Below are positions 36,978 through 47,300 of a stretch of DNA of 64,000 bases, one piece after another. The stretch lies in contig NZ_SMNA01000001.1 in NCBI RefSeq assembly GCF_004353825.1, positions 62,001 to 126,000 of the forward strand, written 5' to 3'. Both the position numbers and the translations under genes were made by a program. Positions within the stretch are counted from its first letter, which is position 1. Each line of letters opens with the position of its first letter. The DNA comes from Occultella glacieicola (GTDB lineage Bacteria > Actinomycetota > Actinomycetes > Actinomycetales > Beutenbergiaceae). The notes beneath the pieces were generated by a model. It did not search any database. It had not been told where the DNA came from and saw only the letters and a list, made by a program, of their open reading frames with translations.

Positions 36978-37679
36978 ATGGGAGTGCTGGACCGTTTCGA
37001 GAAGGGTGTGGAACGGGTCGTCAACAACGCGTTCGCGAAGGCGTTCCGGTCCGAGCTGAAGCCGGTGGAGATCGCCAGCGCCATCCGCCGGGACATGGAC
37101 GACCGCACCGCCGCACTGTCCCGCGGCCGCACCGTGGTCCCGAACACGTTCGTGGTGGAGCTCTCGCCGAAGGACTACGAGCAGGTTCTGGACTGGGGCG
37201 AGGAGGCGATGGCGGACGAGATGATCGCCGCGGCCACCGACCACGCGAAGAGCCAGAACTACGTGTTCGTCGGTCCGGTGGAGGTCGAGTTCGACCAGTC
37301 CGAGGACCTCGAGCCGGGCCGCTTCAAGGTCCGCTCCAGTTCCCGGCGGGGCGCCGTCGCACCGGCCACGTCCACGGCGACCGCACGGCACCCGATCGTG
37401 GACATCGACGGCCAGCGCTACCTGCTGACCGGCCCGGTGACCGTGATCGGCCGCGGCTCCGAGGCGGACATCATCGTGGACGACTCCGGGGTGTCCCGGC
37501 GCCACCTGGAGATCCGGATCACCCCGGACGGCGTGATCGCGACCGACCTCGGCTCCACGAACGGCACGTTCGTCGAGGGCCACCAGGTGGCCGCCGCCAC
37601 CCTGGTGGACGGCAACACGCTCACGATCGGCCGCACCCGCATCCTGTTCTGGACCGGCGCCGACGGCGACGGCCGCTGA
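36978..37679 (+). CDS. fhaA: FhaA (DUF3662 plus FHA domain)
   Basis: FAKAFRSELKPVEI; FHA motifs IGRG, SRRH, DLGSTNGT; first gene of the pknB operon. Confidence 0.9.
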   Translation: MGVLDRFEKGVERVVNNAFAKAFRSELKPVEIASAIRRDMDDRTAALSRGRTVVPNTFVVELSPKDYEQVLDWGEEAMADEMIAAATDHAKSQNYVFVGPVEVEFDQSEDLEPGRFKVRSSSRRGAVAPATSTATARHPIVDIDGQRYLLTGPVTVIGRGSEADIIVDDSGVSRRHLEIRITPDGVIATDLGSTNGTFVEGHQVAAATLVDGNTLTIGRTRILFWTGADGDGR

Positions 37680-37688
37680 GGCCCCCTG

Positions 37689-38177
37689 GTGAGCGAACTG
37701 ATCGTCACCCTGTTGCGGGTGGGCTACCTCGTGGTGCTCTGGCTGCTGGTCCTCTCCGCGGTGTCGGTCCTGCGGCGGGACATCTTCGGCACCCGGGTGA
37801 TCGCGCGTGGCTCGGTCCTGACCGGCTCGCGCCGGTCCGGGCCCGACGGCGGAGCGAACCAACGCGGTGCGCGCACCTCTCGTGGGGCACCGACAAGCAT
37901 CCGCGTGACCGCGGGGCCGTTGCGGGGCACCACGCTCAAGTTGGGCCAATCGTCGGTCCTGATCGGCCGGGCGCCGTCGGCCACCCTCGTCCTCGACGAC
38001 GACTACGCCTCGAACCGGCACGCCCGGATCTTCCCCGAGGACGGTCAGTGGTTCGTCGAGGACCTCGAGTCCCGCAACGGCACGTACCTCGGTGCGCACC
38101 GCGTCAACGGCCCGACCCCGGTCACGATCGGCACGCCGATCCGGATCGGCCAGACCGTCATCGAACTGCACCGGTAG
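37689..38177 (+). CDS. fhaB: FhaB/FipA FHA-domain membrane protein
   Basis: N-terminal TM; IGR, SNRHARI, DLESRNGT. Confidence 0.88.
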   Translation: MSELIVTLLRVGYLVVLWLLVLSAVSVLRRDIFGTRVIARGSVLTGSRRSGPDGGANQRGARTSRGAPTSIRVTAGPLRGTTLKLGQSSVLIGRAPSATLVLDDDYASNRHARIFPEDGQWFVEDLESRNGTYLGAHRVNGPTPVTIGTPIRIGQTVIELHR

Positions 38178-38182
38178 GCCAC

Positions 38183-39466
38183 GTGACCCTGACCCTCAAG
38201 TACGTCGCCCGCTCCGACGTGGGCCTGGTCCGCTCCGTGAACCAGGACTCCGGGTACGCCGGCCCGCACCTGCTGGTGCTCGCCGACGGCATGGGCGGGC
38301 CGGCCGGGGGTGACATCGCCTCCTCCGTCGCGGTGGCACACCTCGCTCCGCTCGACGGGGAGGCCCACGGCGGCGACGACCTGGTCGACCAGCTCCGCCG
38401 GGCCGTCGGCGCCGCGCACACCGACCTCGTCGAGTACTCCGACGCCAAGCCCGAGCTCGCCGGGCTCGGCACCACCGTGATCGCGCTGCTGCGCTCGGGA
38501 CGCAAGCTCGGCATGGTGCACGTCGGAGACTCCCGCGCGTACCTGCTCCGCGACGGCGAGCTCATCCAGATCACCGCCGACCACACGTTCGTGCAGCACC
38601 TCGTGGACCTCGGCCAGCTCAGCCCGGAGGAGGCCGAGCACCACCCGCACCGGTCGGTGCTGCTGCGGGTCCTCGGTGACGACGCCGCCGACGTGGAACT
38701 CGACGAGTCCGTACGTGAGGCCCGCGCCGGCGATCGCTGGCTGCTCTGCTCGGACGGCCTGTCCTCCTACGTCTCGGCCGAGACGATCACCGAGACCGTC
38801 ACCGCGCTGACCGACCTCGGCGAGTGCGCCGACGCCCTGATCGACCTGGCCCTGCGCGCCGGCGGGCAGGACAACATCACCATCGTGCTCGCGGACGTCG
38901 TCGAGACGGACGAACTACCCGAGACCACGCCGATGATCGTGGGAGCGGCCGCCGTCGACCGCTCGAAGCCGACCCGGGGCGGCGACAGCGCCGCCGCCCG
39001 GGCCGCCGCGCTCACCCGCACCACGGGCCGGCCGGCCCGGGTCGGCGAGCGCCCGGACTCCCCGGCGGACGCCGAGCGGTACCTCGACGACGATGACGAC
39101 GACGGACGGGCGGCCGAGGAGGCCGCGCTCGCCCTCGAACCCCCGCGCCGACGTGCGCTGCGGCTGGGGATCGGGATCCTGGTCTCGCTGGCGCTGATCG
39201 CGGGTGCCCTGACCCTCGGCTACCGGTGGACCCAGACCCAGTACTTCGTGGCGCCGGACGGCGACCACGTCGCGATCTACCAGGGCATCCCGCAGTCCCT
39301 GGGACCGTTGGACCTGTCCCACCTGCACGAGACCACGACGATCGCGCTCGAGGACCTGCCCGCCTTCGCCAGGACCCACGTCGAGGACGTGATCGCGGCG
39401 ACCTCCCTGGCCGACGCCCAGGCGGTCGTCGAGGACCTGCGGTCCCAGTCGACCGGGGAACCCTGA
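38183..39466 (+). CDS. pstP: PP2C-family Ser/Thr phosphatase PstP
   Basis: NQDS, LADGMGG, HVGDSRAY, LCSDGL, GGQDNIT; C-terminal TM. Confidence 0.92.
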   Translation: MTLTLKYVARSDVGLVRSVNQDSGYAGPHLLVLADGMGGPAGGDIASSVAVAHLAPLDGEAHGGDDLVDQLRRAVGAAHTDLVEYSDAKPELAGLGTTVIALLRSGRKLGMVHVGDSRAYLLRDGELIQITADHTFVQHLVDLGQLSPEEAEHHPHRSVLLRVLGDDAADVELDESVREARAGDRWLLCSDGLSSYVSAETITETVTALTDLGECADALIDLALRAGGQDNITIVLADVVETDELPETTPMIVGAAAVDRSKPTRGGDSAAARAAALTRTTGRPARVGERPDSPADAERYLDDDDDDGRAAEEAALALEPPRRRALRLGIGILVSLALIAGALTLGYRWTQTQYFVAPDGDHVAIYQGIPQSLGPLDLSHLHETTTIALEDLPAFARTHVEDVIAATSLADAQAVVEDLRSQSTGEP

Positions 39467-40944
39467 TGGCCACCGTCGCCCCGAGCAGGGTCCGCACCGG
39501 GCGCGGCGTGGAGATCGGCCTGCTGCTCCTCGCCCTGACCCTGGGCATCGGCGCCTACGCCCTGGTCGGCCTCGCCACCGGCGACGCCCTGCCGCCCGGC
39601 TTCGGAGGCTACGCGGCCACCCTGGCCGGGATCGCCGTCGGGCTCCACCTGATCCTGCGCTGGCGCGCACCCTACGCCGACCCGCTCATCCTGCCGATCG
39701 TGATGGCCCTGAACGGCATCGGGCTGGCGATGATCCATCGGATCGACCTGCGCCTGGACGCCCGCGGCCTGACCGCGGGCTTCGGCGACCGCCAAGAGCT
39801 CTGGACGATCATCGGCGCCGCCTGCGCCGCCGTCGTCCTCATCCTTCTCCGCGATCACCGCACGCTGCGCCGCTACACCTACACCGCGATGGTCATCGGC
39901 CTGGTGCTGCTGGTCCTGCCGATGCTCCCGGGCCTCGGTGTGAACATCAACGGGGCCCAGGTCTGGGTCCGCGTCGGGCCGTTCTCGGTGCAGCCGGCCG
40001 AGTTCGCGAAGATCGCGCTGGCCGTGTTCTTCGCCGGGTACCTGGTCACCCACCGGGACGTGCTCACGCTCGCCGGGCCGAAGATCCTCGGACTCCAGCT
40101 GCCCCGGCTGCGCGACTTCGGCCCGATCGTGCTCGCCTGGGCGGTCAGCATCCTGGTGCTGGTGCGCCAGACCGACCTCGGCAGTTCGCTGCTGTTCTTC
40201 GGGCTGTTCGTCGCGATGCTGTACGTGGCCACGGAACGGTGGAGCTGGATCCTGATCGGGTTGCTGATGTTCGCGGCCGGCGCGGTGCTCGCGGCCAACA
40301 TCTTCGGGCACGTCGGCGCGCGCGTGGACGTGTGGCTGAACGCCCTCGACCCGGAGATCTACAACCGGGATCCCGGCGGCTCGGGGCAAGTCGTCCGCGG
40401 CCTGTTCGGGATGGCCAGCGGCGGGCTGTTCGGCACCGGCTGGGGCGAGGGCTACCCGGACCTGGTGCCGTACGCGAACTCCGACTTCATCATGGCCTCG
40501 CTCGGCGAGGAGCTCGGCCTGACCGGCGTGATGGCGATCCTGATGCTATACCTGATCCTGATCGAGCGCGGCATCCGGACCGGCATCGGCCTGCGCGACG
40601 GGTTCGGCAAGCTCCTCGCCTCCGGGCTGTCGTTCGTGATCGCCCTGCAGTGCTTCGTCGTGGTCGGCGGGGTGACCAGACTGATCCCGCTCACCGGGCT
40701 GACCATGCCGTTCCTGGCCAGCGGCGGCTCCTCGCTGGTGGCCAACTGGATCGTGGTCGGCCTGCTGCTGCGGATGTCCGACGCCGCCCGCCGGCCCGCC
40801 GGCGAGGGTGGCGGCGGCGTGATCTCGACCGAGACCGCCCTCGAGGTGGTCCCGGACGAGGAGGCCCCGGCCGCCGACGACCTCGACGACACCGGTGTGA
40901 TCCCCACCGACGACCAGCACACCGAGGTGGTGGAACGCCCATGA
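39466..40944 (+). CDS. rodA: SEDS family peptidoglycan glycosyltransferase RodA/FtsW
   Basis: QPAEFAK, DLGSSL, SDFI, IPLTGLTMPFLASGGSS. Confidence 0.92.
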   Translation: MATVAPSRVRTGRGVEIGLLLLALTLGIGAYALVGLATGDALPPGFGGYAATLAGIAVGLHLILRWRAPYADPLILPIVMALNGIGLAMIHRIDLRLDARGLTAGFGDRQELWTIIGAACAAVVLILLRDHRTLRRYTYTAMVIGLVLLVLPMLPGLGVNINGAQVWVRVGPFSVQPAEFAKIALAVFFAGYLVTHRDVLTLAGPKILGLQLPRLRDFGPIVLAWAVSILVLVRQTDLGSSLLFFGLFVAMLYVATERWSWILIGLLMFAAGAVLAANIFGHVGARVDVWLNALDPEIYNRDPGGSGQVVRGLFGMASGGLFGTGWGEGYPDLVPYANSDFIMASLGEELGLTGVMAILMLYLILIERGIRTGIGLRDGFGKLLASGLSFVIALQCFVVVGGVTRLIPLTGLTMPFLASGGSSLVANWIVVGLLLRMSDAARRPAGEGGGGVISTETALEVVPDEEAPAADDLDDTGVIPTDDQHTEVVERP

Positions 40945-42401
40945 ACGCCCCCCTGCGCAAGCTCAGCATCGTGATCGTGGTGATGTTCTTCGCCCTCATG
41001 GGCGGCGCGACCTGGGTCCAGTTCTTCCAGGCGAACTCGCTCAACAACGACGCCCGCAACGTACGCACCCTGTACCGCGACTACGGTCACGACCGCGGCC
41101 CGATCGTGGTCGCCGGCAGCCCGGTCGCCTCCTCGGTGCCCGTCGACGACGCCTTCGGCTTCCAGCGCACCTACGCGAACGGGCCGCTGTACGCGCCGGT
41201 CACCGGCTACTACGGCATGTACAGCCTGAGCGGGATGGAGCAGGCCGCGAACACGGTCCTGAACGGCACCGACGACTCGCTGCTGCTGGCCCGGATCCGG
41301 GCCCTTTTCACAGGCGCCGAGCAGCAGGGCGGCACCGTGGAGCTGACCCTCGACCCGGCGGCGCAGCAGGCCGCCTGGGACGCCCTGGGCGACAACACCG
41401 GCGCCGTGGTCGCCATGGACCCGAACACCGGGGCGATCCTGGCCATGGTCTCCAAACCGACGTATGACCCGAACGTCCTCGCCGGGCACGTCTCGGAGGA
41501 GGTGACCGCGGCGTATGCCGACCTGGTCGCGGACCCGTCGAACCCGCTGTTCAACCGCACCATCGGGGGGGATCTCTACGCGCCCGGGTCCACCTTCAAG
41601 CTCATCGACGTGGCGATGGCGCTGGAGTCGGGCGAGTACACGCCGGACTCGCAGGTGCCGGCGCCCACGGAGTTCCTGCTGCCGGGCACCGAGGACACCT
41701 ACATCCAGAACCCGGGCGGCGGTCCGTGCACGAACGAGGACACGGTCACCCTCACCTACGCCCTCCAGGTCTCCTGCAACACCCCGTTCGCGGCGCTCGG
41801 GGTCGAGTTCGGGGCGGACGCGCTGACCGAGCAGACCCAGGCGTTCGGCTTCGACCGGAACCTCGAGATCCCGCTGAACGTGACGCCGTCGACGATCGGG
41901 GAGGATCTGGACCCGGCACAGACCGCGATGACGGCGATCGGCCAGTACAACACCCGGGTCACCCCCCTGCAGATGGCGATGGTCTCGGCGGCGGTCGCGA
42001 ACGACGGCGTGATCATGGAGCCGTACCTGGTGGCGGCCGAGCGCGGCCCGAACCTGCAGCTGACCTACTCGGCGTCACCGCGGGAGTGGGCCACCCCGAT
42101 GTCGGCCACCACGGCCGCGCAGATGACGGACATGATGGTCAACGTCGTCGAGAACGGGACCGGGTCCCCGGCCCGGATCAGCGGGGTCCAGGTGGCCGGC
42201 AAGACCGGCACCGCCGAGACCGGGCTGACCGACGACGTGGCCCCGGACGCGTGGTTCACGTCCTTCGCCCCCGCCGACGACCCGCAGGTCGCGGTCGCCG
42301 TGGTCGTGGAGGACGGCGGCGCCCTCGGTGACGAGGCCACCGGCGCCCAGGTGGCCGCACCGATCGCCCGTGCCGTGATCGAGGCGGTGCTCGGCGGATG
42401 A
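40941..42401 (+). CDS. pbpA: Class B penicillin-binding protein PbpA
   Basis: PGSTFK (SxxK), SCN (SxN), GKTGTA. Confidence 0.92.
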   Translation: MNAPLRKLSIVIVVMFFALMGGATWVQFFQANSLNNDARNVRTLYRDYGHDRGPIVVAGSPVASSVPVDDAFGFQRTYANGPLYAPVTGYYGMYSLSGMEQAANTVLNGTDDSLLLARIRALFTGAEQQGGTVELTLDPAAQQAAWDALGDNTGAVVAMDPNTGAILAMVSKPTYDPNVLAGHVSEEVTAAYADLVADPSNPLFNRTIGGDLYAPGSTFKLIDVAMALESGEYTPDSQVPAPTEFLLPGTEDTYIQNPGGGPCTNEDTVTLTYALQVSCNTPFAALGVEFGADALTEQTQAFGFDRNLEIPLNVTPSTIGEDLDPAQTAMTAIGQYNTRVTPLQMAMVSAAVANDGVIMEPYLVAAERGPNLQLTYSASPREWATPMSATTAAQMTDMMVNVVENGTGSPARISGVQVAGKTGTAETGLTDDVAPDAWFTSFAPADDPQVAVAVVVEDGGALGDEATGAQVAAPIARAVIEAVLGG

Positions 42402-43882
42402 TCCCCGCGGCCGGTCTGGTCCTCGGTGACCGCTACGAGTTGGAGTCCCGGATCGCCATCGGCGGCATGGGTGAGGTGTGGATCGCACTCGATCGGCACC
42501 TGCGGCGCCGGGTCGCCGCGAAGGTCCTGCGCGCGGAGTTCACCGGGGAGAAGACTTTCCTGGACCGGCTGCGCGCCGAGGCCCGGAACTCGGCGGCGCT
42601 CTCGCACCAGAACATCGCCGCCATGTACGACTACGGCGAGGGTGACGGGTCCGGGTACCTGATCATGGAGCTCGTGCACGGGGAACCGTTGGCCGAGCTG
42701 CTGGAGCGCGAGCGCCACCTCGAACCGGCCCAGCTGCTGCCGATCCTGGCCCAGACGGCGCGCGCCCTGCACACCGCGCACATGGCCGGCGTGGTGCACC
42801 GGGACGTCAAGCCGTCCAACATCCTGATCACCCCCGACGGGTACGTGAAGATCACCGACTTCGGGATCTCCCTCGGCTCCAACCAGGCACCGATGACCGC
42901 GGCCGGGATGGTCATGGGCACTGCCCAGTACCTGCCCCCCGAGCAGGCCATGGGCCGCGCCGCCACCGGAGCCGGGGACATCTACGCACTCGGCGTGGTC
43001 GCCTACGAGGCCCTGGTCGGCAAGCGCCCGTTCACCGGTGGCTCGCAGGTCGACATCGCGTTCGCGCACGTCAAGCAGCCGGTACCGGAGCTCCCGGAGA
43101 CGATCGACGCGCGGGTGCGCGACATCGTGATGGCCATGCTCGAGAAGGATCCCGAGCGGCGCCCACGCAGCGCCGCCTCGTTGGCGCGTTCGCTCGAGGA
43201 GCTCGCCGCCCAGCTCGACGTCACCATCGAGCCGGCCGCCGAGCGGCCCGCCACCCAGATCACCGAGCCCGACGGCGATCGGGCACCTCGGTCCGGTGCC
43301 CTCACCCAGGTCTGGTTCGCCGAGGAGGGCCGCACCGGCGGCCGCCATGACCATGGCGGCGACGGCGACCATCCCGGCGGTGGCCACGATGACCGTGACG
43401 GCGACAGCGGCGACGGCGACTCCCTGGACCGGGACGACGACTCCGGCGACGAGGAGAACCCCGACGGTGCGCCCAGCGCCACGGTGACCCGCCCACGCTG
43501 GCGCCCCCTGTCCGAGACGGACCCGAATGCGCCCACCACCCCCCGCGGCCCACTGCCGGCGATCTCGGGAGGCGCACCGGCCGCCGTCGACGGCCCCCTG
43601 CCCAGCCGCCGCGCGCTCCGCGCGGAACCCGCGTCGCGACCCGGCATCGGTGCGCACCGGGAGCACCCGGTGGCCATACACGCGGCCGACGGCCTGTTCG
43701 CCCGGGCCCGCGCGGGATGGTGGTGGGCGGCCGGAATCGTGGCCGTGGCGGCGGTCCTGACGGTGATCGCGTTATGGCTCGGTAGGCTATGGGACGTTGA
43801 CGCGTCCCTGGCGGTCGTGTCCCCCCTGCTTGCGGGCGCAGCGCACCGACCAGTCCCAGACGAGAGAGTGAAGGAACGCTAA
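42398..43882 (+). CDS. pknA: Ser/Thr protein kinase PknA
   Basis: GGMGEVW, HRDVKPSN, TDFG, GTAQYLPPE; TM near the C-terminus. Confidence 0.9.
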   Translation: MIPAAGLVLGDRYELESRIAIGGMGEVWIALDRHLRRRVAAKVLRAEFTGEKTFLDRLRAEARNSAALSHQNIAAMYDYGEGDGSGYLIMELVHGEPLAELLERERHLEPAQLLPILAQTARALHTAHMAGVVHRDVKPSNILITPDGYVKITDFGISLGSNQAPMTAAGMVMGTAQYLPPEQAMGRAATGAGDIYALGVVAYEALVGKRPFTGGSQVDIAFAHVKQPVPELPETIDARVRDIVMAMLEKDPERRPRSAASLARSLEELAAQLDVTIEPAAERPATQITEPDGDRAPRSGALTQVWFAEEGRTGGRHDHGGDGDHPGGGHDDRDGDSGDGDSLDRDDDSGDEENPDGAPSATVTRPRWRPLSETDPNAPTTPRGPLPAISGGAPAAVDGPLPSRRALRAEPASRPGIGAHREHPVAIHAADGLFARARAGWWWAAGIVAVAAVLTVIALWLGRLWDVDASLAVVSPLLAGAAHRPVPDERVKER

Positions 43883-45715
43883 GTGGTAGACGACGTTCCC
43901 CGAGTGCTGGCCGGACGCTACGAGATCGGCGAACTTATCGGTCGCGGCGGCATGGCCGAGGTGCACATCGGGCGTGACAACCGGCTCGGTCGCTCGGTCG
44001 CGATCAAGATGCTGCGCCCGGACCTCGCCCGCGACCCGAGCTTCCACGCCCGGTTCCGCCGCGAGGCCCAGGCCGCCGCGTCGCTCAACCACCCGGCGAT
44101 TGTCTCCGTCTATGACACCGGTGAGGACCTCAGCAGCGGGATCGACGGCGCCGAGGTGCGGATCCCGTTCATCGTGATGGAGTACGTCGAAGGTCACACC
44201 GTCCGCGACCTGCTCCGCGACGGTTCCGCGCTGCCCATCGACGAGGCGATCGAGATCACGCAGGGCGTGCTGTCCGCGCTCGAGTACTCCCACCACGCCG
44301 GCATCGTGCACCGCGACATCAAGCCCGCGAACGTGATGCTGACGCCCACCGGTGCCGTGAAGGTGATGGACTTCGGCATCGCCCGCGCGATGGCGGACTC
44401 GGCCGCGACGATGACCCAGACCCACGCCGTCGTCGGGACCGCGCAGTACCTCTCCCCGGAGCAGGCCCGCGGCGAAGTCGTCGACGCCCGCTCGGACCTG
44501 TACTCGACCGGATGTCTCCTCTTCGAGCTCCTCACCGGCCGGCCGCCGTTCATCGGTGACTCCGCCGTGGCGGTCGCCTACCAGCACGTCAGCGAGGAGC
44601 CGCCGAGGCCGAGCACGTTCGCGCCGGACGTGCCCGAGTCGCTCGACCGGATCACGATGCTCGCGCTCGCGAAGGACCGGGACGAGCGCTACTCGAGCGC
44701 CGCGCAGTTCCGGGGCGACCTCGAGGCCGCCGCCCGGCAGGAGGCGATCAGCGCCCCGCCCCTCGGCGCGGTGTCGGCCGCGGCCGCGACGGGCGCGACC
44801 CAGGTCCTCGGCGGCGCGGCCATCGCCGAGCCGACGGCGGCGGCCGAACCGGAGCCGGAGGACGAGCCGAAGAGCAACAAGACGCTGATCTGGATCCTCG
44901 CCGTCGTCGGCGTCGCAGCCCTGATCGGCATCATCCTGCTCGCCCTGAACCGGCCGGAGGAACCGGTCGAGCCGACCACGGTGATGGTCCCCGACCTGAC
45001 CTCGATGACCCAGGAGCAGGCGCGCACGGCGCTCGCCGACACGGTGGCCACCGAGGACGGCCCCGGCCTGGAACTGGTCCTCGGTGACCCGGTCACGGAC
45101 CCGGAGATCCCCGAGGGTGAGGCGGTGTCCTGGAACCCGACCACCGGCGCCGAGGTCGAGGCGGGCTCCCCGGTCACCGTGGTGTTCTCCTCCGGGCCGG
45201 GCGAGTTCGAGATCCCGGACGTGTCCGGGCTGAGCCAGGACCGGGCCCGCCAGGAACTGATCGACGCCGGTTTCAGCGGCGCGAACATCCGCACCACCAC
45301 CGAGAACAGCCCGGACTTCGGCGCCGACGAGGCGATCCGCACCGAGCCGGAGGCCGGCACCATGGCCAACCCGGAGGACGCGATCACGATCGTCCTCGCC
45401 ACCGGGAACGTGGACCTGCCGTCGCTCGTGGGTCAGGACCTCGAGGCGGCGCAGAACACCATCACCGAACTGGGCCTCAGCTCCCGGGTCACCAACCAGG
45501 AGGACCCGGGTCCGCCCGGTGTGGTCCTCAACCAGGACCGTGAGGGCTCCGTGCCGCAGGGCACCGTGGTGGAGCTGATCGTGTCGATCCCGGAGCCGAC
45601 CCAGGAGCCGACGACCGACCCGCCCACCACGGACCCCACGACCGACCCGACCACGGAACCAACCACGGAACCGACGCCGGATCCGGGCGGCGAGGAGCCG
45701 CCCGAGGGGCCGTAG
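43883..45715 (+). CDS. pknB: PASTA-domain Ser/Thr kinase PknB
   Basis: GRGGMAEV, HRDIKPAN, MDFGIARA, GTAQYLSPEQ; TM; three PASTA-like repeats; Pro/Thr tail. Confidence 0.93.
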   Translation: MVDDVPRVLAGRYEIGELIGRGGMAEVHIGRDNRLGRSVAIKMLRPDLARDPSFHARFRREAQAAASLNHPAIVSVYDTGEDLSSGIDGAEVRIPFIVMEYVEGHTVRDLLRDGSALPIDEAIEITQGVLSALEYSHHAGIVHRDIKPANVMLTPTGAVKVMDFGIARAMADSAATMTQTHAVVGTAQYLSPEQARGEVVDARSDLYSTGCLLFELLTGRPPFIGDSAVAVAYQHVSEEPPRPSTFAPDVPESLDRITMLALAKDRDERYSSAAQFRGDLEAAARQEAISAPPLGAVSAAAATGATQVLGGAAIAEPTAAAEPEPEDEPKSNKTLIWILAVVGVAALIGIILLALNRPEEPVEPTTVMVPDLTSMTQEQARTALADTVATEDGPGLELVLGDPVTDPEIPEGEAVSWNPTTGAEVEAGSPVTVVFSSGPGEFEIPDVSGLSQDRARQELIDAGFSGANIRTTTENSPDFGADEAIRTEPEAGTMANPEDAITIVLATGNVDLPSLVGQDLEAAQNTITELGLSSRVTNQEDPGPPGVVLNQDREGSVPQGTVVELIVSIPEPTQEPTTDPPTTDPTTDPTTEPTTEPTPDPGGEEPPEGP

Positions 45716-45733
45716 GGTTCGTACGCCGGGGCG

Positions 45734-46369
45734 TCAGTGCGGCGTCACGAGCGGGGCCAGCCCGGCGCTGCGGGCGACGGCCTCGCCGTCCCCGGCGAGC
45801 GCGAGCCAGTTCGCGAGCAGCCGGTGCCCACCCTCGGTGAGAACCGACTCCGGGTGGAACTGCACCCCGTGCAGCGGCAGGCTCCGGTGCTCCAGCCCCA
45901 TCACGATGCCGTTCGCCGTGTGCCCGGTGACCCGGAGCACGTCGGGCACGGTGTCCGCCTGGACGGCGAGGGAGTGGTAGCGGGTCGCGGTGAACGGTGA
46001 CGGGAGCGACGCGAAGACACCGGTGCCGTCGTGCTCCACCTCCGAGGTCTTGCCGTGCATGAGCTCCGGCGAGTGGTTGACCACCCCGCCGAAGACCTCA
46101 CCGAGGGCCTGGTGGCCGAGGCACACGCCGAGCATCGGCACCTCCTGCTCCGCACACCGCTCGATGATCGCCGTGCTCTCGCCCGCCTCCTTCGGGGTGC
46201 CCGGGCCGGGTGAGACGAGCACGCCGTCGTAGCCGGCCAACGGTTCCGCGCCGCCGAGCGACTCGTCGTCGTTGCGGACCACGGTGGTCTGCGCCCCGAG
46301 TTGCTGCAGGTAGCCGACGATCGTGTAGACGAAGCTGTCGTAGTTGTCGATGACGAGGATGCGACTCAT
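45734..46369 (-). CDS. pabA: Anthranilate/aminodeoxychorismate synthase component II (glutamine amidotransferase)
   Basis: IDNYDSF, SPGPG, GVCLGHQ, TRYHSL, QFHPES. Confidence 0.9.
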   Translation of the reverse strand: MSRILVIDNYDSFVYTIVGYLQQLGAQTTVVRNDDESLGGAEPLAGYDGVLVSPGPGTPKEAGESTAIIERCAEQEVPMLGVCLGHQALGEVFGGVVNHSPELMHGKTSEVEHDGTGVFASLPSPFTATRYHSLAVQADTVPDVLRVTGHTANGIVMGLEHRSLPLHGVQFHPESVLTEGGHRLLANWLALAGDGEAVARSAGLAPLVTPH

Positions 46370-46530
46370 CAACCCTCTCCCACGGTCTGGTCGTTGAACG
46401 GCATGTACGGGGCCACAGCGGGGAAGACCCACAGGAACAGCGCGGCCACCACAGCCCCGATGAGCACCGCGGACTGGATGACGCGGGCCCACGTCGGCCC
46501 CGGCAGGTGGGTGAAGATCCAGCCGTACAT
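46369..46530 (-). CDS. Conserved small membrane protein (53 aa)
   Basis: MYGWIFTHLPGP...LFLWVFP; conserved position between sortase and pabA; stop overlaps the pabA ATG. Confidence 0.75.
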   Translation of the reverse strand: MYGWIFTHLPGPTWARVIQSAVLIGAVVAALFLWVFPAVAPYMPFNDQTVGEG

Positions 46531-46532
46531 CG

Positions 46533-47300
46533 CTAGGACCCCTCCGGTAGCAGGGCGGCCGGCAGGCCGTCGGTGAGCGGGATCCAGTGATCCAGGTGCG
46601 CGTGCACGATATACCGCTCCCGGGTCGACCAGAGCGGGTGGCAGGTGGTCAGGGTCAGCATCTCCTCGGTGGCGACCGCCTCGGGGTCGCCGGGCACCGG
46701 GGCGATGACCTCGACCTCGCTGGGTCGGACCACCTCGCTGGTGGTGACCTCGTAGACGTACCAGGCCTGCGCGGTCCTCACGATGATCTCGTCGCCGGCC
46801 GCGAGGGTGTCGATCGAGTAGAACGGCTTGCCGTAGGTCTGGCGGTGTCCGGCCACGGAGAAGTTCCCGACCTGCCCGACCTGCGCGGTCTCCGGGTAGT
46901 GGCCCACCCGGCCCGCGTCCAGCACCGTCGGGCGGTCGACGCCCTCCGCGATCGGTTGCGCGTAGTCGGTGCCCCAGTCCGGGACGTACAGCGTCGCGAA
47001 CACCTCGGCCGCGGCCGCGGCCACTTCGACGGGGGGGGTGTCCGTGCGGGGCGTGCCGGCCACCTCGGGTACGGGCGGAAGAGACTCCTCGAGCTCGGCG
47101 ACGGCACTGGCGGCCTGCTGCTCGCCCTCGACGTCGGTCCACCACAACTGCCAGACGACGAACAGTCCGAGCAGCACCCCGGCCGTGATCAGAAGTTCGC
47201 CGACGCCCCCGAGGATCCTCGAACCCACCGGGGCGCGCCGCCGGCCCGGTGGCGGTGCGGCCTCGTCGGCCGTGGACGTCGACGGCGGGGCGCTGGTCAC
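46533..47300 (-). CDS. Class E sortase
   Basis: N-terminal TM; AGHR, LTLTTCHP and R catalytic motifs. Confidence 0.9.
   Translation of the reverse strand: MTSAPPSTSTADEAAPPPGRRRAPVGSRILGGVGELLITAGVLLGLFVVWQLWWTDVEGEQQAASAVAELEESLPPVPEVAGTPRTDTPPVEVAAAAAEVFATLYVPDWGTDYAQPIAEGVDRPTVLDAGRVGHYPETAQVGQVGNFSVAGHRQTYGKPFYSIDTLAAGDEIIVRTAQAWYVYEVTTSEVVRPSEVEVIAPVPGDPEAVATEEMLTLTTCHPLWSTRERYIVHAHLDHWIPLTDGLPAALLPEGS

Noticed and set aside
45592..45680. 12-nt quasi-repeats at the pknB 3' end
   Set aside because: They encode an ordinary Pro/Thr/Glu/Asp linker tail.
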